A stretch of 63,842 nucleotides of DNA, filler included, from Octopus bimaculoides (GCF_001194135.2; 4 parts of 4 records of this genome joined end to end with filler, not necessarily neighbours in it), one strand, 5' to 3'; positions 24,555-37,970 are shown, counted from the whole stretch's first letter. Made by a program: numbers and translations. The notes: a model not told the origin generated them from the sequence alone.

Positions 24555-24659
24555 ATATATATTTTATATCGCAACTTTTGAATAATAGTATCATCGGTTA
24601 CGTGTTCCCAACAGACAATCACTGACTTCTAATGGCGAGCGTTTTTTTAAATTCGGTAA

Positions 24660-24935
24660 TGAATACATATTGGCTTCAAATTCGGTACCGAATACATATT
24701 GGTTTCAAATTTTGGCACAAGCCTAGCAATTTCGGGTAAGGGTATAAATCGATTACATCGACCCAAGTACTTGACTGGTACTTGTTTTTATCGACCACAG
24801 TATTTGACTGGTAGTTATTTGATCGACACCGAAAGGATGAAAAGTAAAATCGATGGAATTTGAACTCAGAACGTAAAGACAGACGAAATACCGCTATGAA
24901 CTTTCTAGGCATGCTAACGTTGCTCGCAGCCAAAG
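24660..24935 (-). mobile_element. SINE group B with internal tandem duplications
   Basis: Duplicated ATCGACC...TTGACTGGTA block and duplicated GAATACATATTGG-TTCAAAT at the tail. Confidence 0.8.
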
Positions 24936-25238
24936 AATTAACATATTGAAGGCAAAAAATTTTGTTCGTAAAATATCGATTGTTAATTTCACAACTAGCT
25001 AGTTTGTTTGTTGCAAATCAGTGACCGAAGGTCGCTTTGTTTACAATGTATTGCTGACTGGAGCGAACTCTGGCTATCCCTCTGGAGACCAGGTGCTCGC
25101 GACTGAAGACGAACCAACCAGCTCGAAACTGAGTCAATCTCCCGATCCTGCTGTCTGCTAGAAGATGGCAGGGGTTCGCTCTCCTGCTAGCAATATATAT
25201 AAGTCCGTACAGGGTGCAGGCTGCACCGATAACCAGCT

Positions 25239-25269
25239 GGCGGAAGATCTGCCTGGGTTTAAAAACTAG
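25239..25269 (+). mobile_element. Possible Helitron 3' terminus
   Basis: GC-rich hairpin GGCGG-AAGAT-CTGCC, then 12 nt, then CTAG followed by T. The 5' end was not located. Confidence 0.4.
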
Positions 25270-25497
25270 TAGTAACTTGGAACAGCTATTTTGATGTAGC
25301 GATTAACTTTATACATATCATTAAATTGAAATAAAAAATGTCCGTGAATTAAATATTTGAAAAAATATCTGTTGAATACTAATGTTGAGTGTTCTTTCTC
25401 AAGTTATGAAAACTTGAGATTTGAAGGTACCTTAAGGTTTGTGTGTGTGTGTGTATGTGTGTGTCAGTGTGTATCTCTCTCTCTGAGTGTACGTGTG

Positions 25498-25532
<35 letters not shown>

Positions 25533-26208
25533 GTCTATATGTATATATACATATATATATATATCAAATAATAAGCAACACGGATTTCAAAAGTGATTGC
25601 AGTACGCACGTTTCATGCTACTTCAATTTATTTAAGTAATGTGAGCATTACCTTAAATGCAATATGAAGAGCAATCTTCAGCTGCACGAAAAAATGTAGA
25701 AAAAAAGACATATTACAAATGTGGCAACATATTAAAACCAAGTGGGAGAGAGCAGAGGAAGAATATATAAGTCCATCTTGACATAGCAGGNNNNNNNNNN
25801 NNNNNNNNNNNNNNNNNNNNNNNNNNNNNNNNNNNNNNNNNNNNNNNNNNNNNNNNNNNNNNNNNNNNNNNNNNNNNNNNNNNNNNNNNNNNNNNNNNNN
25901 NNNNNNNNNNNNNNNNNNNNNNNNNNNNNNNNNNNNNNNNNNNNNNNNNNNNNNNNNNNNNNNNNNNNNNNNNNNNNNNNNNNNNNNNNNNNNNNNNNNN
26001 NNNNNNNNNNNNNNNNNNNNNNNNNNNNNNNNNNNNNNNNNNNNNNNNNNNNNNNNNNNNNNNNNNNNNNNNNNNNNNNNNNNNNNNNNNNNTATATATA
26101 TATATATATTTCGAACAGTATAGCCAACATCCTACGAGCGACCACCGCATACCAAGTAAAACTAAGTATATGCAGCGTAGTATCTTATTTAAAACAAGAC
26201 ACCCGATG

Positions 26209-28023
26209 GGTGCTAGGAAAATTCGTTCCCGGAAAATTCGTTCTCGGAAAATTCGGTCCCGAAAATTTGGTCCCAATAAATTTAGTCCTAGACAGGTATC
26301 CAGTCATCTCGCCCGCTATGGAGTCCGTTTACCCACACGTCATTTCGCCCACAGGATAACAAATATTTCCAATTTTAAGAAGCCCTAATATGGCTGCAAA
26401 ACATTTTAAAAGTGAGAAAAACAAAGATAAATTGATTGATGAACTTAATTATGTTTACGACTTTCATAAGTTCAGTTCCGATGAGACAAGAAAACTGTGG
26501 CGCTGTGAGATTCGCAATACATGTCGTGCTCGTGTTCATACAGAGAATAAACCAGGTGAACCTATAATTATTTCAACAATCAATAGTCATGATCAGGAAC
26601 CAGCACCGAATGCAGTGGAAGCACGATTCGCCATTTCAGCATTAAGAAAAAAAGTTGCAAGATGGAGTTGAAACAAGTACTGGAGTGCTCATTTCAGAAA
26701 CTACAAATAATATTAGAGAGAATGCGAAATATCAATTACCACGGTTGCAAACTATATTTCAAGTGCCTGATTCTTTTAAATACTTAGAAGGCGGTGATTT
26801 GTTCATGCAATGCGACACAGGTAGTAATGATGAAAAGAGGATTTTAACGAAGGTCTTCAACAACAGAAAAACATCTCATTTTTAGGAATGGATGGCACAT
26901 TCAAATCATCACCGAGTGGATGGTATCAGCATTTCACCATTCATGCTATCATAAATAGTAGATCTTATCCTCGAGCTTTCGTTCTACTGCCGGACAAAAC
27001 ACAAGCAGCGTATGACAAGACTTTTCTTGAAATAAAATAATTGCGGCCCAATATTAAACCTCATCAAGTATTGATTGACTTTGAACGGGCAATTCGTAAC
27101 AGCTGTGAGAACGAATCAATTCCAATAGATTTTAGTAGCTATTTCGAGCTGACATACATTGGACCACAGGGAGGAAGACGTGGTAGACGAGAAGAGCTTT
27201 TGTATCCAGTAAATTTTTGAAATGTTTAGTTGAGTAATTCAGGAATTGCCTCGGGCAAACAATGCTCTCGAGGGGTTTCACTCAGCATTGCGCACAAACA
27301 AGCACCCAAACATCTGGAAGTTTATTGATGCTCTTCGGAAAGAAGAATTCCTTACACAGACCAAAATAATTTATGTTCAAAGAGGAGATAATCCACAGAA
27401 AAAGAGAAAATACCAGTCAATAGATACGCGGATAAAAAACCTTGTGCAATCTTATGATAGTAACGATAAATTAACTTTCCTAAAGGTAATTACTCATTCA
27501 TTAAATTCTTCGATTTAATTTTCAGTGTCAGAATGTTCTCAGTCCTATTTTCCTAATTTTTTGTTTAATATGTTTAATAAAAGGAAATATCATATATGTA
27601 TTTTTTGATGGTTTAAACATGAGTTACCCTTATTTTTCTGATGGTTTATACATGTGATTTTTATATTTTTATCAATAAAATTATTATTCTATTTTGTTTT
27701 TTACTTATACTGATTAGTTAAAACAATGTTTACATGAGAAGTATATTAATAAGTCTGGGATCAATATATTTCGGGACCGAATCTTCCAGGACCGAATTTT
27801 CTCGGGCCCAGTTTTCCTAATTTCTTGTGTAATATGTCTGATTATATGGTAATATTATATGGTAATATTATAATTATATTTTTTTGCTGTTTTATACATT
27901 AGTTTATTTATTTTTTTAATAAAACTACTCTTCTGTCTAGTTAAGTATTTTTTTTCATTTGTTTAATTAAACTTTTTATGGGTAGTTTATTAATAATTTC
28001 TGGGAGCGAATTTTCTGGTCACC
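26209..28023 (+). mobile_element. Mutator-like (MULE) DNA transposon, degenerate, with FLYWCH and MULE transposase remnants
   Basis: 9-bp TSD CACCCGATG (26200-26208 and 28024-28032); imperfect TIRs GGTG..GAAAATTCG.TCCC.GA; subterminal GAAAATTCG repeats. Peptides: YVYDF...LWRCEIRNTCRARVHT (FLYWCH-like), MDGTFKSSP...HAII...LLPDKT...IDFERA, and NNALEGFH...HPNIWKFI. Frameshifts and stops are present. Confidence 0.92.
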
Positions 28024-28224
28024 CACCCGATGAGATGCAGCCTGCACTGATGGATTTACACAACTAGGTGTACAATATCTCACCCGTGAGGAACAGATGC
28101 AAGATGGGTCGAAGAGATCGTCGTGTTGAATAAAGATTCCTGCTAACTCCATTTCCTAATTCCCTCATTCATTAAAAACTCAACGAGCATTGCAGAATTC
28201 CTGACGCAGATCCAGTGGGAATTA

Positions 28225-28283
<59 letters not shown>

Positions 28284-30564
28284 TATATATATATGTATGT
28301 ATGTGTATATATATATATGCATGTATGTGTATATATATATATATATGTATGTGTACATNNNNNNNNNNNNNNNNNNNNNNNNNNNNNNNNNNNNNNNNNN
28401 NNNNNNNNNNNNNNNNNNNNNNNNNNNNNNNNNNNNNNNNNNNNNNNNNNNNNNNNNNNNNNNNNNNNNNNNNNNNNNNNNNNNNNNNNNNNNNNNNNNN
28501 NNNNNNNNNNNNNNNNNNNNNNNNNNNNNNNNNNNNNNNNNNNNNNNNNNNNNNNNNNNNNNNNNNNNNNNNNNNNNNNNNNNNNNNNNNNNNNNNNNNN
28601 NNNNNNNNNNNNNNNNNNNNNNNNNNNNNNNNNNNNNNNNNNNNNNNNNNNNNNNNNNNNNNNNNNNNNNNNNNNNNNNNNNNNNNNNNNNNNNNNNNNN
28701 NNNNNNNNNNNNNNNNNNNNNNNNNNNNNNNNNNNNNNNNNNNNNNNNNNNNNNNNNNNNNNNNNNNNNNNNNNNNNNNNNNNNNNNNNNNNNNNNNNNN
28801 NNNNNNNNNNNNNNNNNNNNNNNNNNNNNNNNNNNNNNNNNNNNNNNNNNNNNNNNNNNNNNNNNNNNNNNNNNNNNNNNNNNNNNNNNNNNNNNNNNNN
28901 NNNNNNNNNNNNNNNNNNNNNNNNNNNNNNNNNNNNNNNNNNNNNNNNNNNNNNGCCACACACCAGACTTCCCAAATAAACACATTTTAGTACCTAAATG
29001 TGTTTATTTGGGAAGTCTGGTGGGTGGCATTATTCTGTAGTAATGCCCTTATATAAATATAAACGAATAATTATAGTCTTGGGAATAGAAATTTCCCTTA
29101 TGAATTTTTTTACACACTAGCTTCCTGATAAAATTCTTGTAAAAGATTTTTATCCTATTTTGAATTTATATACGTATATATATACGACGAGATTCCGCTA
29201 TGACAGAAAACACTCGCCTCAGTGCCGCAGCGCGGGATTGAAACCAGCACAACGTGATTACAAAGCGCGCTTCTTAACCGCACAACCAGATCTGCATACA
29301 TGTCAGTTGATGGCCTTTTGTTTTGGATATTTTCAAGAAACAAAATGCCATTTATTAAGTTACACCAGCTGGTCTGACAACGGAACGGTGGATAATAATC
29401 TATGAGAAATCGGTAAATAATTCTCTATGCACACTCGAGTGATTCTGTCAAGGAGGTGCAGATAAATAATACTAGATTGGCAACAATAAGCACACAGGGA
29501 AAACCCCTGCAAAACCAACAAAAGCAGAACAAAAATGAAAAAAAAATGACTTGGAAAAATACAAACAGTAGTTCTTGTATATTCCAAATAATCAAAGAAT
29601 GTCCTGATCAGACAGACGAATGATCAAAGGTGTTACAGCCACGACCACCTCTTCTTTTCTATATATTTAAGTCACAGCTATGAGGACATTTATCAATTTA
29701 CTGTTGTGTGTATGTGCTGAGAGGGCTTTTACTCTTTGGTTCACAATAAAAAGTGTTAGTCATTTTTTTTATCCAAGCTCAACTGTGAGTGCACAGGCAC
29801 CATTGATTTTCTTAATCTAAGATCAGCCATGAGCGCACAAGTACCGTTGATTTGCTAATCAAATGTAAGCATTTTCCGCGTTACAGAAGCGTAGCGTCCC
29901 AGAAAATTTAACGGTACCGAAGTTTTACAACACAAACCCTATTTTTCCATGGATTTCATGTTACATAGGAATCAAAGACAATATATACGTTTCGGAATAC
30001 GGAACTACACGTTAACATCTTTATGACAACTTTAAGCAACGTACTGTAGAGTTTATGCAATGCGAGAGATTTTACTCCTTGTGTCTTAAAAACACCAAAA
30101 TATATGTTGGGTATTCTTTAATCTAAGCTCAACTCTGAGCACACAGGCACCGCTGATCAAATGCCTTAATGTCAAGGCTATCCTGTATTTTTGTATCTGA
30201 TACAGGCACTTCACTTCCCCGCGTTAGAAAAGCGTTGCGTTCCAGAAAATATAACACGAAGGTGAACTTTTGCGGCTCAAATACTATTTTGTCACTGAAT
30301 TTATGGCACATGGAAATCTAAGAGAATATACGTTTCGTATTAAGGAACCACACCTTAATGCAAAACTTTCAGGAACGCAATGTTTTCTTAACGTGGGATG
30401 ATGCGTGTAGGGCATTGTTCAATGTGTATTTCCATTTTAAAGATTTTTAGGTGAGATCTGACATATATTTCGCCTCTATTTCTAGAATGCCGAGAGACCT
30501 CTTTGAAACTCCTTTGCTTGATTCCAGTTGTTTGTTTATACTTATATACATACATACATAAATA

Positions 30565-30625
<61 letters not shown>

Positions 30626-30663
30626 GTGTATATATGTGTGTGTGTTTGTGTGTGTGTGTGTAT

Positions 30664-31011
30664 GCTCTAGGAATGATAGCGAAAGAGGCTGGTTGCTACC
30701 TAGCTCAGATACCAGGAAATACCAAAATGGAAGAAGTTGAAAAATAGTGCTTATAGGAACTGCCCGTATCCTAAAATATTCAGGTACCTTTTGAGCAGGA
30801 TGGGCTACTCGACCTGAAGAAAATTCTAACTGGGCCCAACCTGTAAGGTCATGCGCTGTTTATCTTGATATGAGATCACCATGTCGCGCACATATGGTTG
30901 TGATGCATGTGCCTGATTTACCCTTAACAGACGGGTAGTAATGATGGGAATACTGGGCTTCGTATATTTTGCCCCAGTGTCATTTTGATGGCATGCACTG
31001 CTCTCTCACTC

Positions 31012-31077
<66 letters not shown>
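30664..31077 (+). mobile_element. Dong/R4-clade LINE 3' fragment with internal deletion, ending in (AAT)n
   Basis: ALGMIAKEAGCYLAQIPG...EEVEK/IVLIGTARILK resembles the C-terminal restriction-like endonuclease end of R4/Dong. It is fused to a 3' UTR shared with 31190-31791. Confidence 0.75.
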
Positions 31078-31190
31078 CCTTTCGACCATAGGCACAAGGC
31101 CTGAAATTTGGGGGAGGAAGATAGTCGATTACATCGACCTCAGTGCCCAACTGGTACTTATTTCATCGACCCCGAAGTCGAACTCGGCAG
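31078..31190 (-). mobile_element. SINE group B fragment
   Basis: GGCACAAGGCCTGAAATTTGGGGG...CAACTGGTACTTATTTCATCGACCCCG. Confidence 0.8.
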
Positions 31191-31726
31191 AGTAATGCCT
31201 TATGGCTTCTGATCTTAATTGATTGGAAGCGTTATCATGTACATTGTTTTGTCTTGGTATAAAAAGATGGGCTACAGCAAATATTCTGCTTAATACCACA
31301 GATTTGCTTGTCAGTTGTTTGACCTTAACCAGTTGAGCATGTCCCTTGGTGGCTAACGATATGAACATCTCTGATCATGAGCAGAAGTAGTGGGGGAGCA
31401 TCATAGCCATGCGTTGAGAGGAATTCTTTGGAGTTTGAATAATTCACCTTTGGAATCATGGGTGTTTTGCTCAACATCCTTAAACAAACTTTATTCAGGG
31501 ACCTTTTGAGCGGGATGGGCTACTCGACCTGAAGAAAATTCTAACTGGGCCCCACCTGCGAGGTCATGCGCTGTTTATCTTGATATGAGATCACCATGTC
31601 ACGCACATATGGTTGTGATGCATGTGCCTGGTGTACCCTTATCAGACGGGTAGTCATGATGGGTATAATGGGCTTCGTATATTTTACCCCAGTGTCACTT
31701 TAATGGCATGCACTGCTCTCTCACTC

Positions 31727-31791
<65 letters not shown>
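31190..31791 (+). mobile_element. Second copy of the same LINE 3' UTR, ending in (AAT)n
   Basis: About 230 bp are nearly identical to 30785-31012, and both end in CTCTCTCACTC(AAT)n. Confidence 0.8.
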
Positions 31792-31793
<2 letters not shown>

Positions 31794-33654
31794 TCAACAA
31801 CATCATTAATTCTTTCTAATATAGTCATAAGGCCGGATATTTTTCAGGTGGGAGCAGAAGAAGGAAAAGAATCGACTTAATCGGCTCCTAATATTTGGCA
31901 TTATATTTTTATTGACCCCTAACATAGAAAAGAAGAAAGACTTGCCTTGGTTATTTTCGAACTGAGAACGTAAGGGGACGTAATTAAATACCGCATTGTA
32001 TTATGCATAATTTTATAAAGCAATGAGCATGTTTCACTCATATACAACTCTACTATATTAATAACAACTACTGCATTATTACCGCAGTCATTATGAACAC
32101 CGTTACCACCACCACCACCACCACCACCACCACCACTACTACCACTATCACTGACATCACCTCAGTACAACTATCTGGTAATATCACCACCACTACTATA
32201 ATTATTAATATTGGCATTAATATTTTAACTTCATACAGCGTGTTAATGTATTGAAGAAATGAAGCAAAAACAACACCTCGTCCTCACTTTAGAAAAAAAA
32301 AAAAAAAACTCCTATAAACGCTCCAGCTCATATAACTATCTATGAATAAAAGTCATGCAAGCAACGGAGATGGTTTGGTTACCCCGGTGTAAGGCTACGG
32401 CTCTTAAACATAGCATATTCAAATTTGACGATAAAATATATATATATCTTTCGTAAGTCGTTACACTTTTGTAATACGATAAGCAGACGTATAACACAGA
32501 GCGACCATCTAACTCTAGTCGAGATTAATGCTATCATATCCTGTAACTTGATATGCGAGGGGTAATGAAATATAGCCACCTTTCCAAACTATAAAAATAA
32601 GACGCAATATGCTGGCAACCGAAATGGCTATCGAACTCTCACATAAATAATAAAATTATTACATATGTTGCATGCATACACACANNNNNNNNNNNNNNNN
32701 NNNNNNNNNNNNNNNNNNNNNNNNNNNNNNNNNNNNNNNNNNNNNNNNNNNNNNNNNNNNNNNNNNNNNNNNNNNNNNNNNNNNNNNNNNNNNNNNNNNN
32801 NNNNNNNNNNNNNNNNNNNNNNNNNNNNNNNNNNNNNNNNNNNNNNNNNNNNNNNNNNNNNNNNNNNNNNNNNNNNNNNNNNNNNNNNNNNNNNNNNNNN
32901 NNNNNNNNNNNNNNNNNNNNNNNNNNNNNNNNNNNNNNNNNNNNNNNNNNNNNNNNNNNNNNNNNNNNNNNNNNNNNNNNNNNNNNNNNNNNNNNNNNNN
33001 NTATGTATGTACACACACACACATATACATATTCATATATGTGCGTACGAGTATTTGGACGTGTGCGTGCTGTTTGCATATGTGAGAGTAGGTATATGTC
33101 CTTGTGCGTGTGTACCCATTCAGAGTTCATCCACTCTCCTCACGAAAAGGAAATGCTATAAGGCCATGAATAATTTTGTCTCGATCGTGTTTTAAAATGC
33201 AATAAAAATGGCGTCAGTCGTTTCAAATTCTAATCTACGTAGTCGTTGCTGATAATGATAGAGTAAACGCTGGTAAGGATAGGATATATATATATACCCT
33301 ATAATAGAAGCTGCGTTTCTTTATAGATGGCTGATTGTTAAGCCAACCTAACTTGGAATCGTTATTTTATCTTTAATTTTATATACATACATACATACAT
33401 ACATACATACATGCATGCATATATATATATACACATATATATACACATTTGTCTGTGCATGGAGAGGGGTGAAATTTTTAGGGATACTTAATGCTAAGAA
33501 CGCTGATGATTATATAAAAAATGAAATTCATTGCCATTTCATTGGACATGAAAAAACAAGAGAAAAGAAATGAGAACGAGATATAAAACAATACATATAA
33601 TTAAGTAAATATATATAAATCGTGTTTTCTTTTTATTGTTCGGTTATTTCGCAG

Positions 33655-33694
33655 GTTTTATTGTCAGCAGCCTGTAGATTAAGTCCATATTACT
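33655..33694 (+). CDS. Candidate 40-nt coding exon (VLLSAACRLSPYY)
   Basis: Pyrimidine-rich acceptor TTTTCTTTTTATTGTTCGGTTATTTCGCAG and donor GTAAGC. Only frame 0 is open. Confidence 0.35.
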
Positions 33695-34112
33695 GTAAGC
33701 TATATCTATATTTCGCCAATTTTATAGTCTATGGTTTTTAGATTACAGGGATAAAATAAGCTACTCGTTAAGCTGCGACGTTAAAAATTATGGTTATTTT
33801 AATCCTATTAGTTAGATGAAATTTCTTAATAGCTGAGTAATAGCTACACAAAGTCAGGTTTCCTTGGCTTTTCTTCAGGGCGTATTCGGTGAAGTCCGTT
33901 TATTCTTATTTTTACTCCCTCATCGTTAGAAAATATTCATCTCATACTGACAAGGCATAAACAACACATACCTTATCTGTATATGAGAAAAATCGGATAA
34001 TGACAAGTTGTGACGTTTATGATTTTCTCATGAAAATTAAGAGCATAAATATAGTATAGTTGAAGCGATTTCAACGAGAAATTGAACCCTTGCCGCTTTC
34101 TCGTCGCTACAG

Positions 34113-34174
34113 CAGAAGATTATTTTTGTTTTTGCGGCTTTCACCATATTGTTGTGAAAGTGTTAAGCTCAGAA
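34113..34174 (+). CDS. Candidate 62-nt exon, phase-compatible with 33655-33694
   Basis: Acceptor CTTTCTCGTCGCTACAG and donor GTATGG. It continues the frame as S-EDYFCFCGFHHIVVKVLSSE. Confidence 0.25.
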
Positions 34175-34249
34175 GTATGGAATCATAAACAATTCTTTCT
34201 TTAATCAATTATTATTTTTTTATTTTATTTAATACTTACTTTTAAAATC

Positions 34250-34580
34250 TGATGCTTATTCTATCGTCTCTATTGTCGAACAACTAAGTTACAGAGACGT
34301 CAACAAATCAACACCAGTTGTCAAGCTGTGGTGCGGGCTATATACAAATACAAAGACAAATAGGCAGGCAGCCAGTCAGACAGAAAGGTAGACACATACA
34401 TACATATGACAAGTATCCACACAGTTTCCACTCACAAAATTCACTCACAAGAAATTGGTTGGTCGGTCGGTTCGCAGCTCTAATAGATGATATTTGCTCA
34501 CGGTGTCGCGCAGTGGAACTGAACCTGAAACCACGTGGTTGTAAAGTGAGCTTCTTAACCACACAACCAGGCCTGAATGT
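34250..34580 (-). mobile_element. Degenerate SINE group C
   Basis: CTAAGTTAC-GAGACGT...CAGTTGTCAAG, and GCAGTGGAACTGAACCTGAAACCACGTGG. Confidence 0.7.
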
Positions 34581-35039
34581 AATTTTTTAATCACACAGAA
34601 CTACACACTGAAAATGGCGAAGATAGTCACGATGATTAACATTTTAAGGGAAGGTGTTGAAAGGGTGAACGCTAAAGTTAATCACGTTGAGATTTAAACT
34701 CAGAACTTAAGTTAAAGTTCAATATCACAATTAATTTTGACTGAAGATTTTCCATCTCTACCATCCAGCCATCTCCATATTCCCTGCCTTGTAGACCTGT
34801 AAGTGATACAAGGCCCCAATCGTTTAAATAAGTGATTTACAACCGCTTTATGCCTACGAACCTCTTTGATTTCTATTTTACTCGGATGCGCTCTCATAGC
34901 TATTCGATGTTTTAAAAAATCCTGCCATATTTTTATAAAATAGTATTAGGAATTGTGCAAAAAATAGTTGTATTGTAGAAGCATAATTCATTGCACATAA
35001 ACTTTAGCAACAAAATCTTATATGGACCCCTGGTTGAGA

Positions 35040-35880
35040 ACAACTGGTTTCAATCTACCCAAGAATTTGACTGGTACTATATTTTATCGGTTCCTAAGGG
35101 TTAGACAGCAAAATGAACTTCTGTAGGATTGGAATTCAATAACTAAAAAGGCATACCGAAATACAACGTTGCATTTTACCAGTTGATCTGTTTATTCAGT
35201 CACCAATCTGCCAACAGCGTTTCTAATAATGATGTATCCGCATATTTCTATACAATGATGAAATTACAATTCAAAATATTTCAAATCTACTTCACAGGTG
35301 CGCGGACTCATTTAAATCTACTGAAATTTGGGAGAGGGAGCAAGTCGATTATATTGACCCCAGTGCTCAAATGGTACTTGTTTTATCGACCACAAAACAT
35401 GAAAGGATGAAAGGCAAAACCGACCACAGCGGAATTTGAACTCAGAACGTAAAGCCGGACGAAATGCTGTTAAGCATTTTGCTCGGAGTGCTAGCAATTC
35501 TGCCAGCTCCCTGCCTTATAGCCAATTAATACTGGTTCCAAATTTTGGCACAAGGCATGCAATTTCGGTCTAGTCGATCAGATCTATCCCAATACTCATC
35601 TTATTTTATCGACCCCCAAAAGATAAAGTCGACGGAATTTGAACTCAGAACGTAAAGACAAACGAAACGTCGCTAAACATTTTTCCTAGTGTGATAACGA
35701 TTCTGCCAGCTCACAGCCTTTGCAACCAACCAATTAATATTGAACCAAATCATGACAGGTCTTTATTTTGTCGATCTCAGAAAGATGAAACTCAAAGTCA
35801 TCCGCGACAGGGTTTGAACTCGGAACGTAAAAGGGACTTAACGAAATACCACGTAGTATTTTGTCCGATATTTTACAATT
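35040..35880 (-). mobile_element. Cluster of four degenerate SINE group B copies
   Basis: ACTGGTAC..TTTTATCGAC...GGAATTTGAACTCAGAACGTAAAG blocks repeated in the same orientation. Confidence 0.75.
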
Positions 35881-36309
35881 TCTCTTACTTCATCACCACC
35901 TACACACCTTTGTAACAATCTCGACAACATTGTATTCCAAGAACCCCATGCTTCTTCTGTTTTCGTAGGAGCTGTATTTACTTTTCCACTGCTTTTTTTT
36001 TATTATTATATTTATTTATTTACTTAATTGTTTCCTTTTTATGTTTTTTAATCATCTTTTTTTTCTTCCGCTTTTTTTCCTTCTTGTTTTCATTATCTCT
36101 TTCGTCCACTCGTCTATTTGTTTATTGGTCGAGACGAAAAATATATTTAAAAAAAAAAAAATTAAAAATGAAAACGAAAGTAAAACACAGCAGCCATACT
36201 AGTGTTATACATTGCTACAGCTGGGCTTTATTAATTATTCAGTTAATTAATTTATTTATTCATTTTTAGATTGAAGCCAGACATTTCTTAGTGTCTTTAT
36301 TTTTAGTCT

Positions 36310-37060
36310 TCGTTTTTTTTTTTAATCTTTTTTTTTTTTTTNNNNNNNNNNNNNNNNNNNNNNNNNNNNNNNNNNNNNNNNNNNNNNNNNNNNNNNNNNN
36401 NNNNNNNNNNNNNNNNNNNNNNNNNNNNNNNNNNNNNNNNNNNNNNNNNNNNNNNNNNNNNNNNNNNNNNNNNNNNNNNNNNNNNNNNNNNNNNNNNNNN
36501 NNNNNNNNNNNNNNNNNNNNNNNNNNNNNNNNNNNNNNNNNNNNNNNNNNNNNNNTTCTTCTTCTTCTTCTTCTTCTTCTTCTTCTTCTTCTTCTTCTTC
36601 TTCTTCTTCTTCTTCTTCTTCTTCTTCTTCTTCTTCTTCACCACCACCACCATCATCTTCCCTTATCACAACCATCATCACCGTCGCCCCCGTCGTCATA
36701 GGTGTCTTCCTCTCCTCCTCCTCCTCCTCGTCGTCGCCGGCGTCGTCGTCATCATTGTTGTTGTTGCTACTGTCGTCACCTTCGTTGTTGTTCTTTTCCT
36801 ATTTTTTCTATACCACCACCACCACCACGATCATGGTGGTGGTGGTCGTCGTCGTTCTCCTCTTCCTTGTTGTCGTCGTCATTGTTGTTGTTGTCGTAAT
36901 CGTCGTCATCGTTGCTGTTGTCCTCCTCCTCCACCCCCTTCTCGTCCTCTTCCTTCTTGTTACTATTGTGGTGGAGGTAGTAGTGAAAATGGCAGTGGTC
37001 GTGGACGAAAGAAATAATGAAAACAAGAAGATTGAACAGTCGATAGTCGAGAGATAGCAA
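36310..37060. repeat. Poly-T, gap, (TTC)n and a mosaic triplet tract
   Basis: Read directly. Confidence 0.9.
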
Positions 37061-37219
37061 CTAAATCTGCCTGATGTCAGTCCCCTATCATGGAACGAAT
37101 GTTATGTGGTCTTGTTCACCGGATAAAGTCAGAATAGTTATGGCTGTAATGCTTTTGATTATAAATCTATGTTTACTAACAGTTGATGTCTCCAATATAT
37201 ATTCTTTTCTTCTCTAGGT

Positions 37220-37350
37220 ACTTAAGTTTATCGACACCGAAAGGATGAACGGCAAAGTCGACCTCGGCAGAATTTGAACTCAGAACGTAAAGACAGACGA
37301 AATATTGCTAAGCATTTCGCCCGGCGTGCTAACATTTCTGCCAGCTCGAC
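37220..37350 (-). mobile_element. SINE group B (partial)
   Basis: AAAGGATGAACGGCAAAGTCGACCTCGGC...CTGCCAGCTCG. Confidence 0.85.
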
Positions 37351-37970
37351 GCCTTTTTCTCCAAAATATATTGCAATCGTCATCACAAATTTTCGTTGTC
37401 GTAGTTCTTCTTCTTCTTCTTCTTCTTCNNNNNNNNNNNNNNNNNNNNNNNNNNNNNNNNNNNNNNNNNNNNNNNNNNNNNNNNNNNNNNNNNNNNNNNN
37501 NNNNNNNNNNNNNNNNNNNNNNNNNNNNNNNNNNNNNNNNNNNNNNNNNNNNNNNNNNNNNNNNNNNNNNNNNNNNNNNNNNNNNNNNNNNNNNNNNNNN
37601 NNNNNNNNNNNNNNNNNNNNNNNNNNNNNNNNNNNNNNNNNNNNNNNNNNNNNNNNNNNNNNNNNNNNNNNNNNNNNNNNNNNNNNNNNNNNNNNNNNNN
37701 NNNNNNNNNNNNNNNNNNNNNNNNNNNNNNNNNNNNNNNNNNNNNNNNNNNNNNNNNNNNNNNNNNNNNNNNNNNNNNNNNNNNNNNNNNNNNNNNNNNN
37801 NNNNNNNNNNNNNNNNNNNNNNNNNNNNNNNNNNNNNNNNNNNNNNNNNNNNNNNNNNNNNNNNNNNNNNNNNNNNNNNNNNNNNNNNNNNNNNNNNNNN
37901 NNNNNNNNNNNNNNNNNNNNNNNNNNNNNNNTATATATATGTGTGTGTGTGTAAATATATATATATGTAT

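Noticed and set aside
25099-25140. Hammerhead-like CTGAAGAC-GA...TC-GAAACTGAGTC
   Set aside because: The core and a GUC site are present, but no stem I can form with the flanks and stem II is only 2 bp, so it is not called a ribozyme.
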